Positions 48,384 to 58,605 of a stretch of DNA of 64,000 bases are shown piece by piece. This DNA is from Candidatus Algichlamydia australiensis (lineage in GTDB: Bacteria > Chlamydiota > Chlamydiia > Chlamydiales > JAJFMI01): positions 608,001-672,000 of the forward strand of contig JAXCHI010000003.1 of assembly GCA_033977065.1 (NCBI GenBank), read 5' to 3'. A program made the translations under genes and the position numbers. The notes under the pieces were generated by a model. That model saw nothing but the letters and a program-made list of their open reading frames with translations. It was not told where the DNA came from and made no database searches. Position 1 is the stretch's first letter; the number at the start of each line of letters is the position of its first letter.

Positions 48384-48517
48384 TGTCCGAATTATAACTA
48401 ATTCGGACAAAAATCTTCTAAGAACTGGCCGAAAACCCGTTAATTCGGACAAAAACAGGCCAAAAAATGTCCGAATTGTGATAATTCGGACAAAAATTAT
48501 CGAAAAGTGTCCGAATT
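48384..48517. repeat. Array of palindromes TGTCCGAATT-N5/6-AATTCGGACA at 40-42 bp period
   Basis: Left half-sites at 48384, 48426 (degenerate), 48468, 48508; right half-sites at 48400, 48442, 48483. Confidence 0.9.
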
Positions 48518-48540
48518 AATTACAGAACACTCGGTACTGT

Positions 48541-49130
48541 AGGGGCGTACATAAAGGCTTTTGATTAATCAATGAGGCTCAGGTTATTGAGCTTGGGGTT
48601 AATATAAAAAAATTGAAAAAAACAGAGAAAGAAAAATGCATGTTGGTCGATTGATTTCAGATGGAGTTGAAGGGGCTTGGGGGCTTGTTTCATAGCTTGT
48701 TAAGAATAAAACTGATTAGCTTATATGATCCCGAAACTAGAGAGATGGACGAATGGTTTGATCCTTGCGTTTCTATGGATGCCACTGTTGCTCGGTTTAT
48801 TCCTCTCTTAAGGGGAGAAATTCATGAAAAATTAGGTAAAAAGAACAACCCGCCTTCAAAGAAAAAAAATTAAAACTTTTAGAGGTAGAAAACGAAATCT
48901 TATCATTGGAATGCGCAATGGAAAATGAAAAACACCAAGCAAGGGTGAAGATGCGCCAGGCTCTGATTTATTATGGCGACTGTTTTCGAAAGTTGGTTGA
49001 AGGTGATCATGAATTTAAAGAGTGTTTCTCTCCATATGACTTATCACTAATAAAAAAACTAATTGAAGATTCTTCAAACGAATCAACAGTTTTAAAGGGC
49101 TTGTATTTTGGGGGAAATAGAGATAGTTAA
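48541..49130 (+). pseudogene. Possible degraded gene (in-frame TGA stops and a frameshift near 48840)
   Basis: The frame of ORF 48906 is open from 48840 (KEQPAFKEKKLKLLEVENEILSLE) and overlaps ORF 48661 at an A-run. Confidence 0.35.
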
Positions 49131-49135
49131 GGAGA

Positions 49136-49855
49136 CTATAACTGGAAATCTTCGCCAAGGTAGTAGCGTTTAGCATCGGGATTGGCAATGAGTTCGTCCA
49201 CTGTGCCCGACATCAGAACTTGGCCTTCGCGCATGAGATAGCTGCGATCGACAATCGAGAAGAGTTCGCGGGCGTTATGGTCCGTGATCAAGATGCTAAT
49301 CCCTTTTTTTTGCAGGTGGCGGATCATTTTTTTGAGGTCGCTGATGGTGATGGGGTCAACGTTGGCAAAGGGTTCGTCGAGGAGGAGAAGGGAGGGACTT
49401 GTGACAAGAGCGCGGGTGATTTCTAAGCGGCGTCGCTCACCTCCGGAGAGGGTTACAGCGCGCTTTTTGGCATGAGGTTTCAGATAGAGTTCGTCAAGTA
49501 GTTGGTTGCAGCGCTTCTTTCGCTGCTCCTTGTTCATTGGGAGAGTTTCAAGTACGGCGAGTATATTTTCTTCTACAGTGAGGGAGCGAAAGATCGAAGG
49601 CTCTTGAGCGAGATAACCCATGCCCATTTTGGCCCGCTTATGGATAGGAAGGTGAGTGATCTCTTGATCTTTAAAAATAACCTTACCTCCATCAGGAGAG
49701 ATGAGGCCGATTGTCATGTAAAAGGCGGTTGTTTTTCCCGCGCCGTTAGGGCCAAGTAGGCCGACAATTTCACCGGGGCCGACAGAAAAACTAAGGTCGG
49801 TAACGACGGACTTGCCGCTATATTTTTTTTTCAAATGGCGGATTTTTAAAATCAT
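49136..49855 (-). CDS. lptB: LPS export ABC transporter ATPase LptB
   Basis: GPNGAGKTT, YLAQEPSIF, LSGGERRRLEI, LLDEPFA, ITDHN. Confidence 0.96.
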   Translation of the reverse strand: MILKIRHLKKKYSGKSVVTDLSFSVGPGEIVGLLGPNGAGKTTAFYMTIGLISPDGGKVIFKDQEITHLPIHKRAKMGMGYLAQEPSIFRSLTVEENILAVLETLPMNKEQRKKRCNQLLDELYLKPHAKKRAVTLSGGERRRLEITRALVTSPSLLLLDEPFANVDPITISDLKKMIRHLQKKGISILITDHNARELFSIVDRSYLMREGQVLMSGTVDELIANPDAKRYYLGEDFQL

Positions 49856-50760
49856 CTTTTTGGGATTTCACCCTCTCCAAGGTAGATGTTGTCGGGAGTA
49901 GAATTCTCCCAAAAAAGATGTTGCTGTCGCCCTTTTGTGACAAGCAACATGGCATCCTCTTCAAGAGGAAAGTCTACCCGATCACAGAGAAGTGTGTCAA
50001 AAGAGATGTAGCGATCTTTGGATTCAATTCGAACTTCACCTTGAAGTTCAACGCGCACGGGGCGTAGTTTGTCATAGTGAAGAGTTAAGTTATCAGAAAA
50101 GAGCTTAAGTTTATCGGTTTGAAAGAGAATTTGCTCATCTTTTTTACTTGTCACTGTAAGAATTTGTTCTTGCGGCTTGTAGTGAAACTCATTGTTTGAT
50201 TCAAGAAAAAAGGGGGTAGGAGAGTCTTCTTGCAGAAGATCCATTTTCCCCATGACAAGTAGGTGGTTATTTTGAATTTGCAATATATTTTCTGCGTGAA
50301 GTTCCCCAAGCTCTGGAATAAGAAGGGTGATGGCGCCTTCTAAAATTAAACAATCTTTTTCTACATAGACTTTTTTTGCTTTGAGGGGTGACATGCTCTG
50401 ATCTAAAAAGTTGAGGTGGCCAGAGGTGTCTTGCAGTTCAAGGGAGTCTGTTTTTAAATTGTAGGAAAGATTTTGGTAATGCAGCTCTCCATTTTGAAAA
50501 TGACAAGTGCCGCCTTCAATATCTTCAAGCCACTGGTGCTGGAGATAGTGTAAAAATTCCGTTTCAATCACAATTTTATCTGCAAAGTAGGCCGTCACAG
50601 CCTCTTTTGCCTCTATTTTGTCGAGTCCTTGGCGTTTATCTATGGAGAGCTCTAATTTTTTGCTTTCAATGCGAAGAGTGTGATGGCCAATATGATCCTT
50701 ATATGTTGAGCTAAAGAGAAGAAAAGGAAGACAGAGACTACTCAAAAATCGCATGGGCAC
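49852..50760 (-). CDS. Beta-rich periplasmic protein, LptA/OstA-like
   Basis: Signal-like N-terminus, beta-strand pattern, position before lptB. Confidence 0.5.
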   Translation of the reverse strand: MPMRFLSSLCLPFLLFSSTYKDHIGHHTLRIESKKLELSIDKRQGLDKIEAKEAVTAYFADKIVIETEFLHYLQHQWLEDIEGGTCHFQNGELHYQNLSYNLKTDSLELQDTSGHLNFLDQSMSPLKAKKVYVEKDCLILEGAITLLIPELGELHAENILQIQNNHLLVMGKMDLLQEDSPTPFFLESNNEFHYKPQEQILTVTSKKDEQILFQTDKLKLFSDNLTLHYDKLRPVRVELQGEVRIESKDRYISFDTLLCDRVDFPLEEDAMLLVTKGRQQHLFWENSTPDNIYLGEGEIPKR

Positions 50761-51310
50761 GCTCCTTTGGAATGGTCACACGGAAGTGTTCCGCGTTCAT
50801 GCGAAGATCTTTATCTTCTAAACTGAGTTCCACGCTTTTGGCTTTGCCTCGCATGGCAACGCTCTCTTCATTCATTGCACTCGATTGTGCTTGATAGAAG
50901 GTCATCAACACTTCTTCAGTGCGGAATTTATGATCGGAGAGGGAGTAAGTACCGCGATTAGAGCTAAACTGACGCACATCGCACGCGCCATCATTTGCCT
51001 CTTCTTGCACATATCCTACTATACCATAAAGCTCTTCGTGTGCTCCTGTCTCCGAGGAGTAAGTTAAAAAACTTCCTTTGTGTGCAATTTGCACGTGCCG
51101 CTGCTGATTCTCTTCGGTTAGATAGAGATCTTTTTGTACCTCTTTTTTTACTTGATGTAGAGGGGAGTCGTGAGAAGGAGTTGTCTCACACTGTTTCCAC
51201 TGCAAAAAGTTCGCAATATCTTTTTCATTATAAGTGGTGAATGTATAGCTAGAGAAAGCTATTGCGCTAAGTAACAGAGAAAAAGTAATAAAAGCTGCTC
51301 TATTTAGCAT
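50738..51310 (-). CDS. LptC-like protein
   Basis: N-terminal TM anchor and beta-rich domain; between kdsA and lptA/lptB. Confidence 0.5.
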   Translation of the reverse strand: MLNRAAFITFSLLLSAIAFSSYTFTTYNEKDIANFLQWKQCETTPSHDSPLHQVKKEVQKDLYLTEENQQRHVQIAHKGSFLTYSSETGAHEELYGIVGYVQEEANDGACDVRQFSSNRGTYSLSDHKFRTEEVLMTFYQAQSSAMNEESVAMRGKAKSVELSLEDKDLRMNAEHFRVTIPKERAHAIFE

Positions 51311-52073
51311 GAATTACATCATAAAGTTTTTTCAATATCGGTAACAACTGGTCAAGCTCCTCAAAGGAAATTTGAGTTGTAGCATCACTCTTTGCTTTAA
51401 GAGGATTTTCATGAGCCTCCAAGTAAAGATAGTCACTACCTGCGGCAACAGCAGCCTTTGCTAATGTTGGTAAATATTCTCTCATACCGCCTGTAGTCTC
51501 ACCTAAGCCGCCAGGTAGTTGCAAGCTGTGCGTTACGTCAAAGCAGACAGGGCAGCCCAAGCTTTGCATAATGGGAATACTGCGCATGTCACTGACTAAA
51601 TTATTGTAACCAAAGCTTGTGCCACGCTCCTCTAAAATAATCTCCTTAGCGCCCGCTTCCTGGAGCTTGACCACAACATTTTTCATATCCCAAGGCGCCA
51701 TAAATTGCCCTTTTTTTACTTTCACAGGTCTGCCGGTTTTCGCAGCAGCAACAAGCAAATCTGTTTGGCGACAGAGAAATGCAGGAATTTGAATATAGTC
51801 GAGTACCTTGCCCGCAGCTTCTGCCTGAGATGGCAAATGAATATCGGAAAGAATCGGCAAACCCAACTCTGCCTTAATCCGTTCCAAAATCTCCAGCCCC
51901 TTCTCCAGACCGGGGCCGCGAAAGCTATGGATAGAAGAGCGGTTCGCTTTGTCATAACTCGACTTAAAAACAAAGTCGATCCCGTGTTTTGTAAAAATTT
52001 CCTTTAATTCCTTTGCCGCAGCAAAAGCAGACTCTTCGTTTTCAATGACACACGGGCCGCAAAAGATCAGCAT
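51300..52073 (-). CDS. kdsA: KDO8P synthase
   Basis: GPCVIE, KSSYDKANRSS, QIPAFLCRQTDL, KKGQF, ERGTSFGY. Confidence 0.97.
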   Translation of the reverse strand: MLIFCGPCVIENEESAFAAAKELKEIFTKHGIDFVFKSSYDKANRSSIHSFRGPGLEKGLEILERIKAELGLPILSDIHLPSQAEAAGKVLDYIQIPAFLCRQTDLLVAAAKTGRPVKVKKGQFMAPWDMKNVVVKLQEAGAKEIILEERGTSFGYNNLVSDMRSIPIMQSLGCPVCFDVTHSLQLPGGLGETTGGMREYLPTLAKAAVAAGSDYLYLEAHENPLKAKSDATTQISFEELDQLLPILKKLYDVIHAK

Positions 52074-52672
52074 AAAAAAAGTTCCTCTAGTGAATACAAT
52101 TTTGGGGGTTTGTGAATAATAATTTTAGCGCTTTCTAGAGCCATACGCGCGTAGAGCGCGCGTCCGAGAGCTCGATGAGAGATGGTGAGCTGTTCACCAG
52201 GAAGGCCTACATGTAGCTCGTGTGCACCAAAAGAGTCCTTCATCCGAATCGAGTGAATGGGCATCTCTTTGCCCAAAGCTTTTTCAATACTTAAAGCCGT
52301 ACCGCTGGGCGCATCGACCTTTTTCTCATGGTGCTCTTCGATCAAATCGAAACTGGCCTGATCACCTAAAAACTTCGAGAGCATCGTTGTCATCTGACGC
52401 ATCATCAAGACACCCAAACTAAAGTTTGCTGCATAGAGCAAAGGAATTTCTTTCGAAGCTTCTTCAATTTCTGAAAAATCCTCATGGCCAGTCGTGCCCA
52501 TCACAAGAGGCTTTTTTAAATCTAACAACCCCCTCGTTCTACTCGGATGAGAAAAATCGATAATCACATCAGCTTCTTCAAGTGAAGCCAAAACAGCCTC
52601 TGCATCCTCATCAACGCATTTGACAACTTCTTTACCGACACGCCCATTTCGTCCTGAAACTGCAATCCTCAT
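52067..52672 (-). CDS. dapB: 4-hydroxy-tetrahydrodipicolinate reductase (compact)
   Basis: GRNGRVG, IDFS, GTTG, ANFSLG, EEHHEKKVDAPSGTA. Confidence 0.92.
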   Translation of the reverse strand: MRIAVSGRNGRVGKEVVKCVDEDAEAVLASLEEADVIIDFSHPSRTRGLLDLKKPLVMGTTGHEDFSEIEEASKEIPLLYAANFSLGVLMMRQMTTMLSKFLGDQASFDLIEEHHEKKVDAPSGTALSIEKALGKEMPIHSIRMKDSFGAHELHVGLPGEQLTISHRALGRALYARMALESAKIIIHKPPKLYSLEELFLC

Positions 52673-52704
52673 CGCAGCAATGCTAACAAAAATTTATACG
52701 AAGA

Positions 52705-53199
52705 TCAAGATGCTAAAAGTTCAGAACATTCCTTGACGCGATAGAGCAAATAATCTTTTAGGATCTGCTCATGGTCAAATGCAAATTTGCCCCATGGGAG
52801 TTCATCAAGAGGTACGACCCAAGCCTCTGCAGCATCATCTCCTGCTTGAGGTTTTTTGAAAGCTTTTGCAATGTGAGCTACCTCAACAGAGTGGTGGCGA
52901 AAATCTCTCTTAGGATCTGAATAGACATGAAACTGTTTTAAATCATGCAATTCTAAACCTACTTCTTCCATCATCTCACGGCGCACAGCTTCTTCAACTG
53001 TTTCGCCATATTCAACTTTCCCGCCTGGAATAGCTTTCCCCCAAGGCGCCTTGCCGCGTTCAATTAATACAATGCCTTGAAAGTTTCCCTTTTCATATAT
53101 TTCGATGATGGCAGTTGTAGTTAAAATAGGCGGTTTATGCTCTTCTGCAAATCCAGCAGAAGAGATGAAAACAAAGAGCAGGGCTAAAGCTTTCTTCAT
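52705..53199 (-). CDS. Nudix hydrolase with N-terminal signal peptide
   Basis: MKKALALLFVFISSAGFA-EE; Nudix box GGKVEYGETVEEAVRREMMEEVG; YSDPKRD, FAFDH. Confidence 0.9.
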   Translation of the reverse strand: MKKALALLFVFISSAGFAEEHKPPILTTTAIIEIYEKGNFQGIVLIERGKAPWGKAIPGGKVEYGETVEEAVRREMMEEVGLELHDLKQFHVYSDPKRDFRHHSVEVAHIAKAFKKPQAGDDAAEAWVVPLDELPWGKFAFDHEQILKDYLLYRVKECSELLAS

Positions 53200-53289
53200 T
53201 TTTTTCTCCTCCACTAACAGGTTTACCACAAATAAGAGTTTTAAAAAGACTTGATGAAAAAAAAATCATTCGTTTACGATCTGTGATCA

Positions 53290-56200
53290 ATGAAAACATA
53301 TTTTTTTTCTTTTCTCTGTTTTCTGACACTTCTTGCAAACGAGCAGGCTCCCCCCTCCATTCTTCCGGCCCTAGAAGGCGAGCCCGCTGCTAACGTAGAT
53401 TCATGCGTTTCAGCTATCTCTGGTGCCTTTTATGTTGCAGAAACAGATATTGTTGTTCCTGGTCGTCAGCCAATTGCGATCCAACGAATTTTAAAAGATG
53501 GGGAGTGGAAATTCTTTTTGCATTTGCATCTTTTGGAAAAGTATAAAGAGTGCTGCAATAGCAAAGGAAAAGATCGCAAGCGATATGTTTTGCAAGCCTG
53601 TGATCCAACAGGGACTCGCATTAAATACTATCCCAAACATCACAGCATAACAGATGTTTTTTACCCTAGTGAAAGCAGTTTTACAGCTTTTACAAATACT
53701 TCCAGAGGTGCTCTTGGCGGACGGACAAACCCACGAAATCGAAAGGTTACCTTTGATGCAAAGAATAGTATTTATGAACTTCATTTAGGAGATGGAACAC
53801 GGCGTTATTATGGTTTAGCTCCCAAGCGGAAGAGAGAGAAGCGGATTCGAAAAAAAGGGCGAAAATTTGTTCTAATTCGGGAGAGATTAGCGAATGGCAA
53901 TCAGATCAAGTACTGCTACGATTCAAAAAAGCGTCCCATAGAGATCCGCTCGACAAATCCAAGTGGGGATCAAGTCTATGCGTGGGTAAAAATCAAGTAC
54001 TACGGCACCCACAATCCAAGTTTTTTTGTCAGAACAAGTGACGAGCACTCTTACCTCTATCACTACAAGCGTGTTGAAAAAACAGAAAATTACTACCTGG
54101 ATCTTATTTTTAAGGATGGTGAAGAGAGAGAAAGGATCCAATACAAGGATCCTGAGAATTTGGTTATAAAAGGGCGCTCATTTGGGGGAGATCGGTTCGT
54201 TGGAGCCTCTTTTTATCCGCTAGCAGAAGAGACAGACGTCGATGGCAAGCGGGTGAAACTTAAGCCAAATGATCCGCGTACGGGTCGGGTAAAAGTGTTG
54301 CGCGCCCCTAATTATGGAAGCGGAAAACAGAGGATTGCAAAGAAGTTTTTCTACCACTTAACAAAAGAAAAAGATGAAGAGAAAAGAATTGATCGTACGG
54401 ATGTAAAAGATTTTTACGGTAATCGCGTTACCTACCATTACACCGATAAAATGGTCCTGACGGGCATGGACTATCACGATACAAGATATAAATATCTGCT
54501 CTTTGAAAGGTATTTTTTTGAAAAAGGATTCCTAAAGTCAAAACTTTACAAAGATGGAAAGTATAAAAATCAACTTGCGCGCGCCTATGTCTACGATGAG
54601 CAAGGAAACGTTTTAGAGGATCAGCTTTATGGGAACCTATCAGGAGAGTGTCAAATTCCTCTTGAGATGGAAAAAAAGATGCCACTTGAGAATGGCATAG
54701 AGTGCTTTAAGACTGCATATCAATACAATAAGCAAAATCTCATTCAAAAAAAGATCGAATCTCATGGACGCGAGATCCTCTATTATTACCTTCCTGATAC
54801 TGATTTGATTGTAGGGCAGCTTGTTACATTTGAAGGTGAGATCAAAAGAAGAAAAATTTTTAAATATGATGAAAACCATCTTCTTGTAGAAAGTTATGAA
54901 GATGATGGCAGCTCTTTTGAACTTGACTCAGTAGCAGGTGTGACGCAGAGATCCATCACTCGGTATCACTATTGGGATGAGGGGGAGGGGCTTCATCTAC
55001 CGAAAGAGATTGCAACGTGGTATTGGGAAAAAGGAGAAGAAACATTTTTAGGCAAGGTTGCATTCGCGTACAACCAGAGCTGTCAGGTAACAAAGAAGGA
55101 AACCTATGATGCGGAAGGAAAATTCTGCTTTGCCGAAGAGTTCAACTACGATCGTGATGGGAACCAGATATATAGAAAAGATCCTTTAGGTTATGAGATT
55201 CGAGCACGGTATGACAAGTATGGGAATAAGATTCGTGAGCGAGAGGTAGCAACAAATCTTGTAACTAAGTATCGCTATAACGCTCACAATCAATTAGTGG
55301 CCAAAGAAGAGGTGGCTCCTGGTACAGGTGAAGTGAAGGGGGAGTACTTCAAATACAACTGCTCTGGGTATTTGTACGAGAAGCGAGATGAGCTTCGCAA
55401 CGTGACAAGATTTGCTAATGATTTTTTTGGAAACGTGCGCAAGTGTACCTACCCAGGAGGAGAGATTACAGAAACAGCGGCATACAATTTTCAAAATAAG
55501 CCCATAGAAGAGATCGATGCGAATGGAAACTGTAAAAAAACAGCGTACAATGCACGTGGAAAACCTATTGCCATCACTCATCCTGACAACACAAGAGAGA
55601 CATTTACTTATTATCTACATGGGAAAGTAAAAACTTATACCGATCGGATGGGGCGCACTACGACAACAACGTATGATTATGATTTGCGACCTCTTGTAGT
55701 GGAAACAAGAAGTTTAAACGGGGAACTCTTAAGTAGAGAAGAGTCTATTTACGATGCGTTTCAACTTCTTTCAAAAACAAACCATGTAGGCCTTACAACT
55801 GAATATAGCTATGATGGTGCGGGGCGCAAAATAGAAGAGCGGTTTATTACTCCCGATGGAGAAATAGTAACAAAAACAGAATATGACTCGAGAAGCCGTC
55901 CCTTTAAAACTACCCTTGTAGCAGAGGACTCTGAAGCCCAAGTTACTATCAAAAAATACGATGATTTGGGCCGAGTGATTGAGGAGCGAGATGAAGATGC
56001 ACATGGGAAAGTATTTAAAAAAGCAGCTTATGTTTACGATTCTCATGGGAATAAGACACAAGTACTTCAATATATAAATGAGAACAGTGCAAAAGAGTGT
56101 TTTCAGTATGACGTTTTTGATCGGTTGATTACGCATACGAATAGCTTGGGATATGCGACTCACATACAGTATAAAAAAATTGTTCCAAATAAAAGAGATC

Positions 56201-58605
56201 CAATTACGTTACAAAAAATTACTACCGGAGTCTGTCCAGATACAGTTGAGACCTACGATCAGTTTGGAAGAGTTGCTTCGAAGGAAATTTCCAACGAAAA
56301 CGGAGAACGAATCTTCTACGAAGAGTATTACTATGATGGGAAGGGGCAACTTGTTGAGCAGTTTAGCCATGTTTGTCCGACAGATATCATAAAAGCAACT
56401 CTCTATGTTTACGATGCAGATGGGCAAATTGTGCGACTGGAGGAGGCGTCTGGTAGTGAAGAACAGAGGGTGACACACTACAGCTACAATCCAGACGGCA
56501 ATCGCCTCACCCTTCTGAAACCCGATGGGACATCCCTGTATTACACCTATGATGCTTGGGGAAGAGAAAAAAGTATCATCTCAAGTCACAAAGATATTCA
56601 CTATGAGTTAGAGTACGACCTTTACGGAAATCTGATTGAGGCAAAAGACTTAGTGCAAGGCACCTCTACTACACGACAAGTAAATGCTTTAGGATTTCTT
56701 CTCAGTGAAAAAGGGGCGCACGGTCATACGATTCGCTATGAAACAAATACCTTAGGCCAACGCAAGACTTTGCATTTACCGGATCACTCTGCAATCAAAT
56801 ACCGCCACGATGCTTTCCACATGCGGAAAATTTTACGCTACAATGCAGCCGGTAAGAAACTTTACACGCACAGATACGATGACTATAACCTTTCGGGAAG
56901 CCCCCAAAGTGAAAAACTTATCTGTAACCTAGGTGAAAGCATCCATCAGTTTGATCCTTTACGAAGGGAAGTTCAGCGGATATCCCCCTTTCATTACGAG
57001 CGCTACGAGCAATTTGACCCAAGCGGAAACTTGCTGGTGAAAACACTTTCACTAGATAAAAGGCAAGCCCTCTACACCTACGATCTCCTTAATCAACTTG
57101 TAGAAGAGCAAGGGCCCTGGGAACACACCTACACATGTGATTCGCATAATAATCGTATTGAAAAAGATGACAGCGACTATGAAACAGATCAGCTTAACCA
57201 GCTCCACGCTACCGCTACAGCAGCCTACACCTACGACGCCAACGGCAATCCAATTTCAAAAAATGGAATTACCTTTGAATATGATAGTTTAGACCGCTTG
57301 ACTCGAGTTACGACTCCCACAGAAATCTATAATTATACCTACGATTATTTTCATAGACGTCTCATCAAAAACACTACCCATTACCTCTTTGATGGGGATA
57401 ATGAAATAGGATCTATACAAGATGGAGAAATTCAAGAGCTCCGTATTTTAGGGTTGGGCCGTGGAGCTGAAATCGGTGCTGCCATTGCTATTGAGTTAGG
57501 ACAAAATGTTTATCTGCCCCTTCACTCGATCCGAGGGGATCTAATCGCTCTTGTCGATCCTAAAACTAAACAAATTGTCACAACCATCAGCTACAGCGCT
57601 TTTGGAGAACATCTCCAAAAAGGGGAGGTCAACTCGCCTTGGCTTTTTCAATCTAAGCGCCTCGATCCTGAAACAGGATTTTTCTATTTTGGACGTCGAT
57701 TTTACGAACCAGAAACAGGGCGCTTTATCACACCTGATCCCAAGGGATTTACCGACATTCCCAACCTCTACCACTACGTTCTCAACAATCCACTGATCCT
57801 CATGGACCTCTATGGACTCGAAGTCTCTTACGAGTCCATAGAGGCATACAACGATTTCAGAAACCTTAAATATCAAATCATCCCTTATGTAGATCTTCGG
57901 CACCCAGCTCCACTCAATGAATTTGGGGATCCGCTCATTACAAAAATGGATTGGGAAACGAGCCTACCTGCTTCCCAGAGATCAAATATCTACTCCCTAA
58001 ATAGACCGGAGTTGCCAGGAGGGGATGACTACACAACATTCAACAATGGCATCTTGACAGATCGCAATGGGGCAGAGGGTCACGCAAAGCATATCGCAAA
58101 TTTTAACGATGATTATAATGTGCGATTTGTACACAATGCTTCACAGGGCGGATTAAAGGATGCACGTGAAGCGCGATTAAATTTATATTTAAAGGCAACA
58201 GAGCCTGTATATAAGGTAGTAGATATGTGGAGAGGTATATTCACAGAAAATCCAAGTGCACAAATTTTGCATTTTACCCACAGTCAAGGAGCGATACACA
58301 CAACCATGGCACTGATCCTTTCTCCTGCAGAATGGCGAAAGAGAATCACTGTTGTAGGAATTGCTCCCGCACTTCCTGTGTCAAAAGACTTGTGTAAAAG
58401 AGCAGTAAACTATCGCTCAAGAGATTTTGTTCCTTGGTTAGGTCAAAAAGGCTTTGGATACAAATTACCATACAAAAAAGGAGTGATGGAAATTTTGAGG
58501 CCTCATGCAGACGCTCCCATGCACGATCATAGCTTTCAAAGCCCAACCTTTAGAAATGTTATAAAGTCGGAGATTGAAAATAGAAATAGGAGGATTTTAT
58601 CATGA
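53290..58605 (+). CDS. RHS/YD-repeat protein with signal peptide and lipase-like C-terminal toxin domain
   Basis: Many YDxxG repeats; RHS core (KRLDPETGFFYFGRRFYEPETGRFITPDP...YVLNNPLILMDLYGL); tip has THSQG...DFVP...DHSF. Confidence 0.92.
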   Translation: MKTYFFSFLCFLTLLANEQAPPSILPALEGEPAANVDSCVSAISGAFYVAETDIVVPGRQPIAIQRILKDGEWKFFLHLHLLEKYKECCNSKGKDRKRYVLQACDPTGTRIKYYPKHHSITDVFYPSESSFTAFTNTSRGALGGRTNPRNRKVTFDAKNSIYELHLGDGTRRYYGLAPKRKREKRIRKKGRKFVLIRERLANGNQIKYCYDSKKRPIEIRSTNPSGDQVYAWVKIKYYGTHNPSFFVRTSDEHSYLYHYKRVEKTENYYLDLIFKDGEERERIQYKDPENLVIKGRSFGGDRFVGASFYPLAEETDVDGKRVKLKPNDPRTGRVKVLRAPNYGSGKQRIAKKFFYHLTKEKDEEKRIDRTDVKDFYGNRVTYHYTDKMVLTGMDYHDTRYKYLLFERYFFEKGFLKSKLYKDGKYKNQLARAYVYDEQGNVLEDQLYGNLSGECQIPLEMEKKMPLENGIECFKTAYQYNKQNLIQKKIESHGREILYYYLPDTDLIVGQLVTFEGEIKRRKIFKYDENHLLVESYEDDGSSFELDSVAGVTQRSITRYHYWDEGEGLHLPKEIATWYWEKGEETFLGKVAFAYNQSCQVTKKETYDAEGKFCFAEEFNYDRDGNQIYRKDPLGYEIRARYDKYGNKIREREVATNLVTKYRYNAHNQLVAKEEVAPGTGEVKGEYFKYNCSGYLYEKRDELRNVTRFANDFFGNVRKCTYPGGEITETAAYNFQNKPIEEIDANGNCKKTAYNARGKPIAITHPDNTRETFTYYLHGKVKTYTDRMGRTTTTTYDYDLRPLVVETRSLNGELLSREESIYDAFQLLSKTNHVGLTTEYSYDGAGRKIEERFITPDGEIVTKTEYDSRSRPFKTTLVAEDSEAQVTIKKYDDLGRVIEERDEDAHGKVFKKAAYVYDSHGNKTQVLQYINENSAKECFQYDVFDRLITHTNSLGYATHIQYKKIVPNKRDPITLQKITTGVCPDTVETYDQFGRVASKEISNENGERIFYEEYYYDGKGQLVEQFSHVCPTDIIKATLYVYDADGQIVRLEEASGSEEQRVTHYSYNPDGNRLTLLKPDGTSLYYTYDAWGREKSIISSHKDIHYELEYDLYGNLIEAKDLVQGTSTTRQVNALGFLLSEKGAHGHTIRYETNTLGQRKTLHLPDHSAIKYRHDAFHMRKILRYNAAGKKLYTHRYDDYNLSGSPQSEKLICNLGESIHQFDPLRREVQRISPFHYERYEQFDPSGNLLVKTLSLDKRQALYTYDLLNQLVEEQGPWEHTYTCDSHNNRIEKDDSDYETDQLNQLHATATAAYTYDANGNPISKNGITFEYDSLDRLTRVTTPTEIYNYTYDYFHRRLIKNTTHYLFDGDNEIGSIQDGEIQELRILGLGRGAEIGAAIAIELGQNVYLPLHSIRGDLIALVDPKTKQIVTTISYSAFGEHLQKGEVNSPWLFQSKRLDPETGFFYFGRRFYEPETGRFITPDPKGFTDIPNLYHYVLNNPLILMDLYGLEVSYESIEAYNDFRNLKYQIIPYVDLRHPAPLNEFGDPLITKMDWETSLPASQRSNIYSLNRPELPGGDDYTTFNNGILTDRNGAEGHAKHIANFNDDYNVRFVHNASQGGLKDAREARLNLYLKATEPVYKVVDMWRGIFTENPSAQILHFTHSQGAIHTTMALILSPAEWRKRITVVGIAPALPVSKDLCKRAVNYRSRDFVPWLGQKGFGYKLPYKKGVMEILRPHADAPMHDHSFQSPTFRNVIKSEIENRNRRILS

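Noticed and set aside
48384..48517. CRISPR array
   Set aside because: Period ~42 bp with only ~15-bp linkers, variable repeat centres, and no cas genes in the window
48576..48590. Another AACCTGAG-type element end
   Set aside because: Only a 9-bp match with no partner arm; lies within the decayed reading frame
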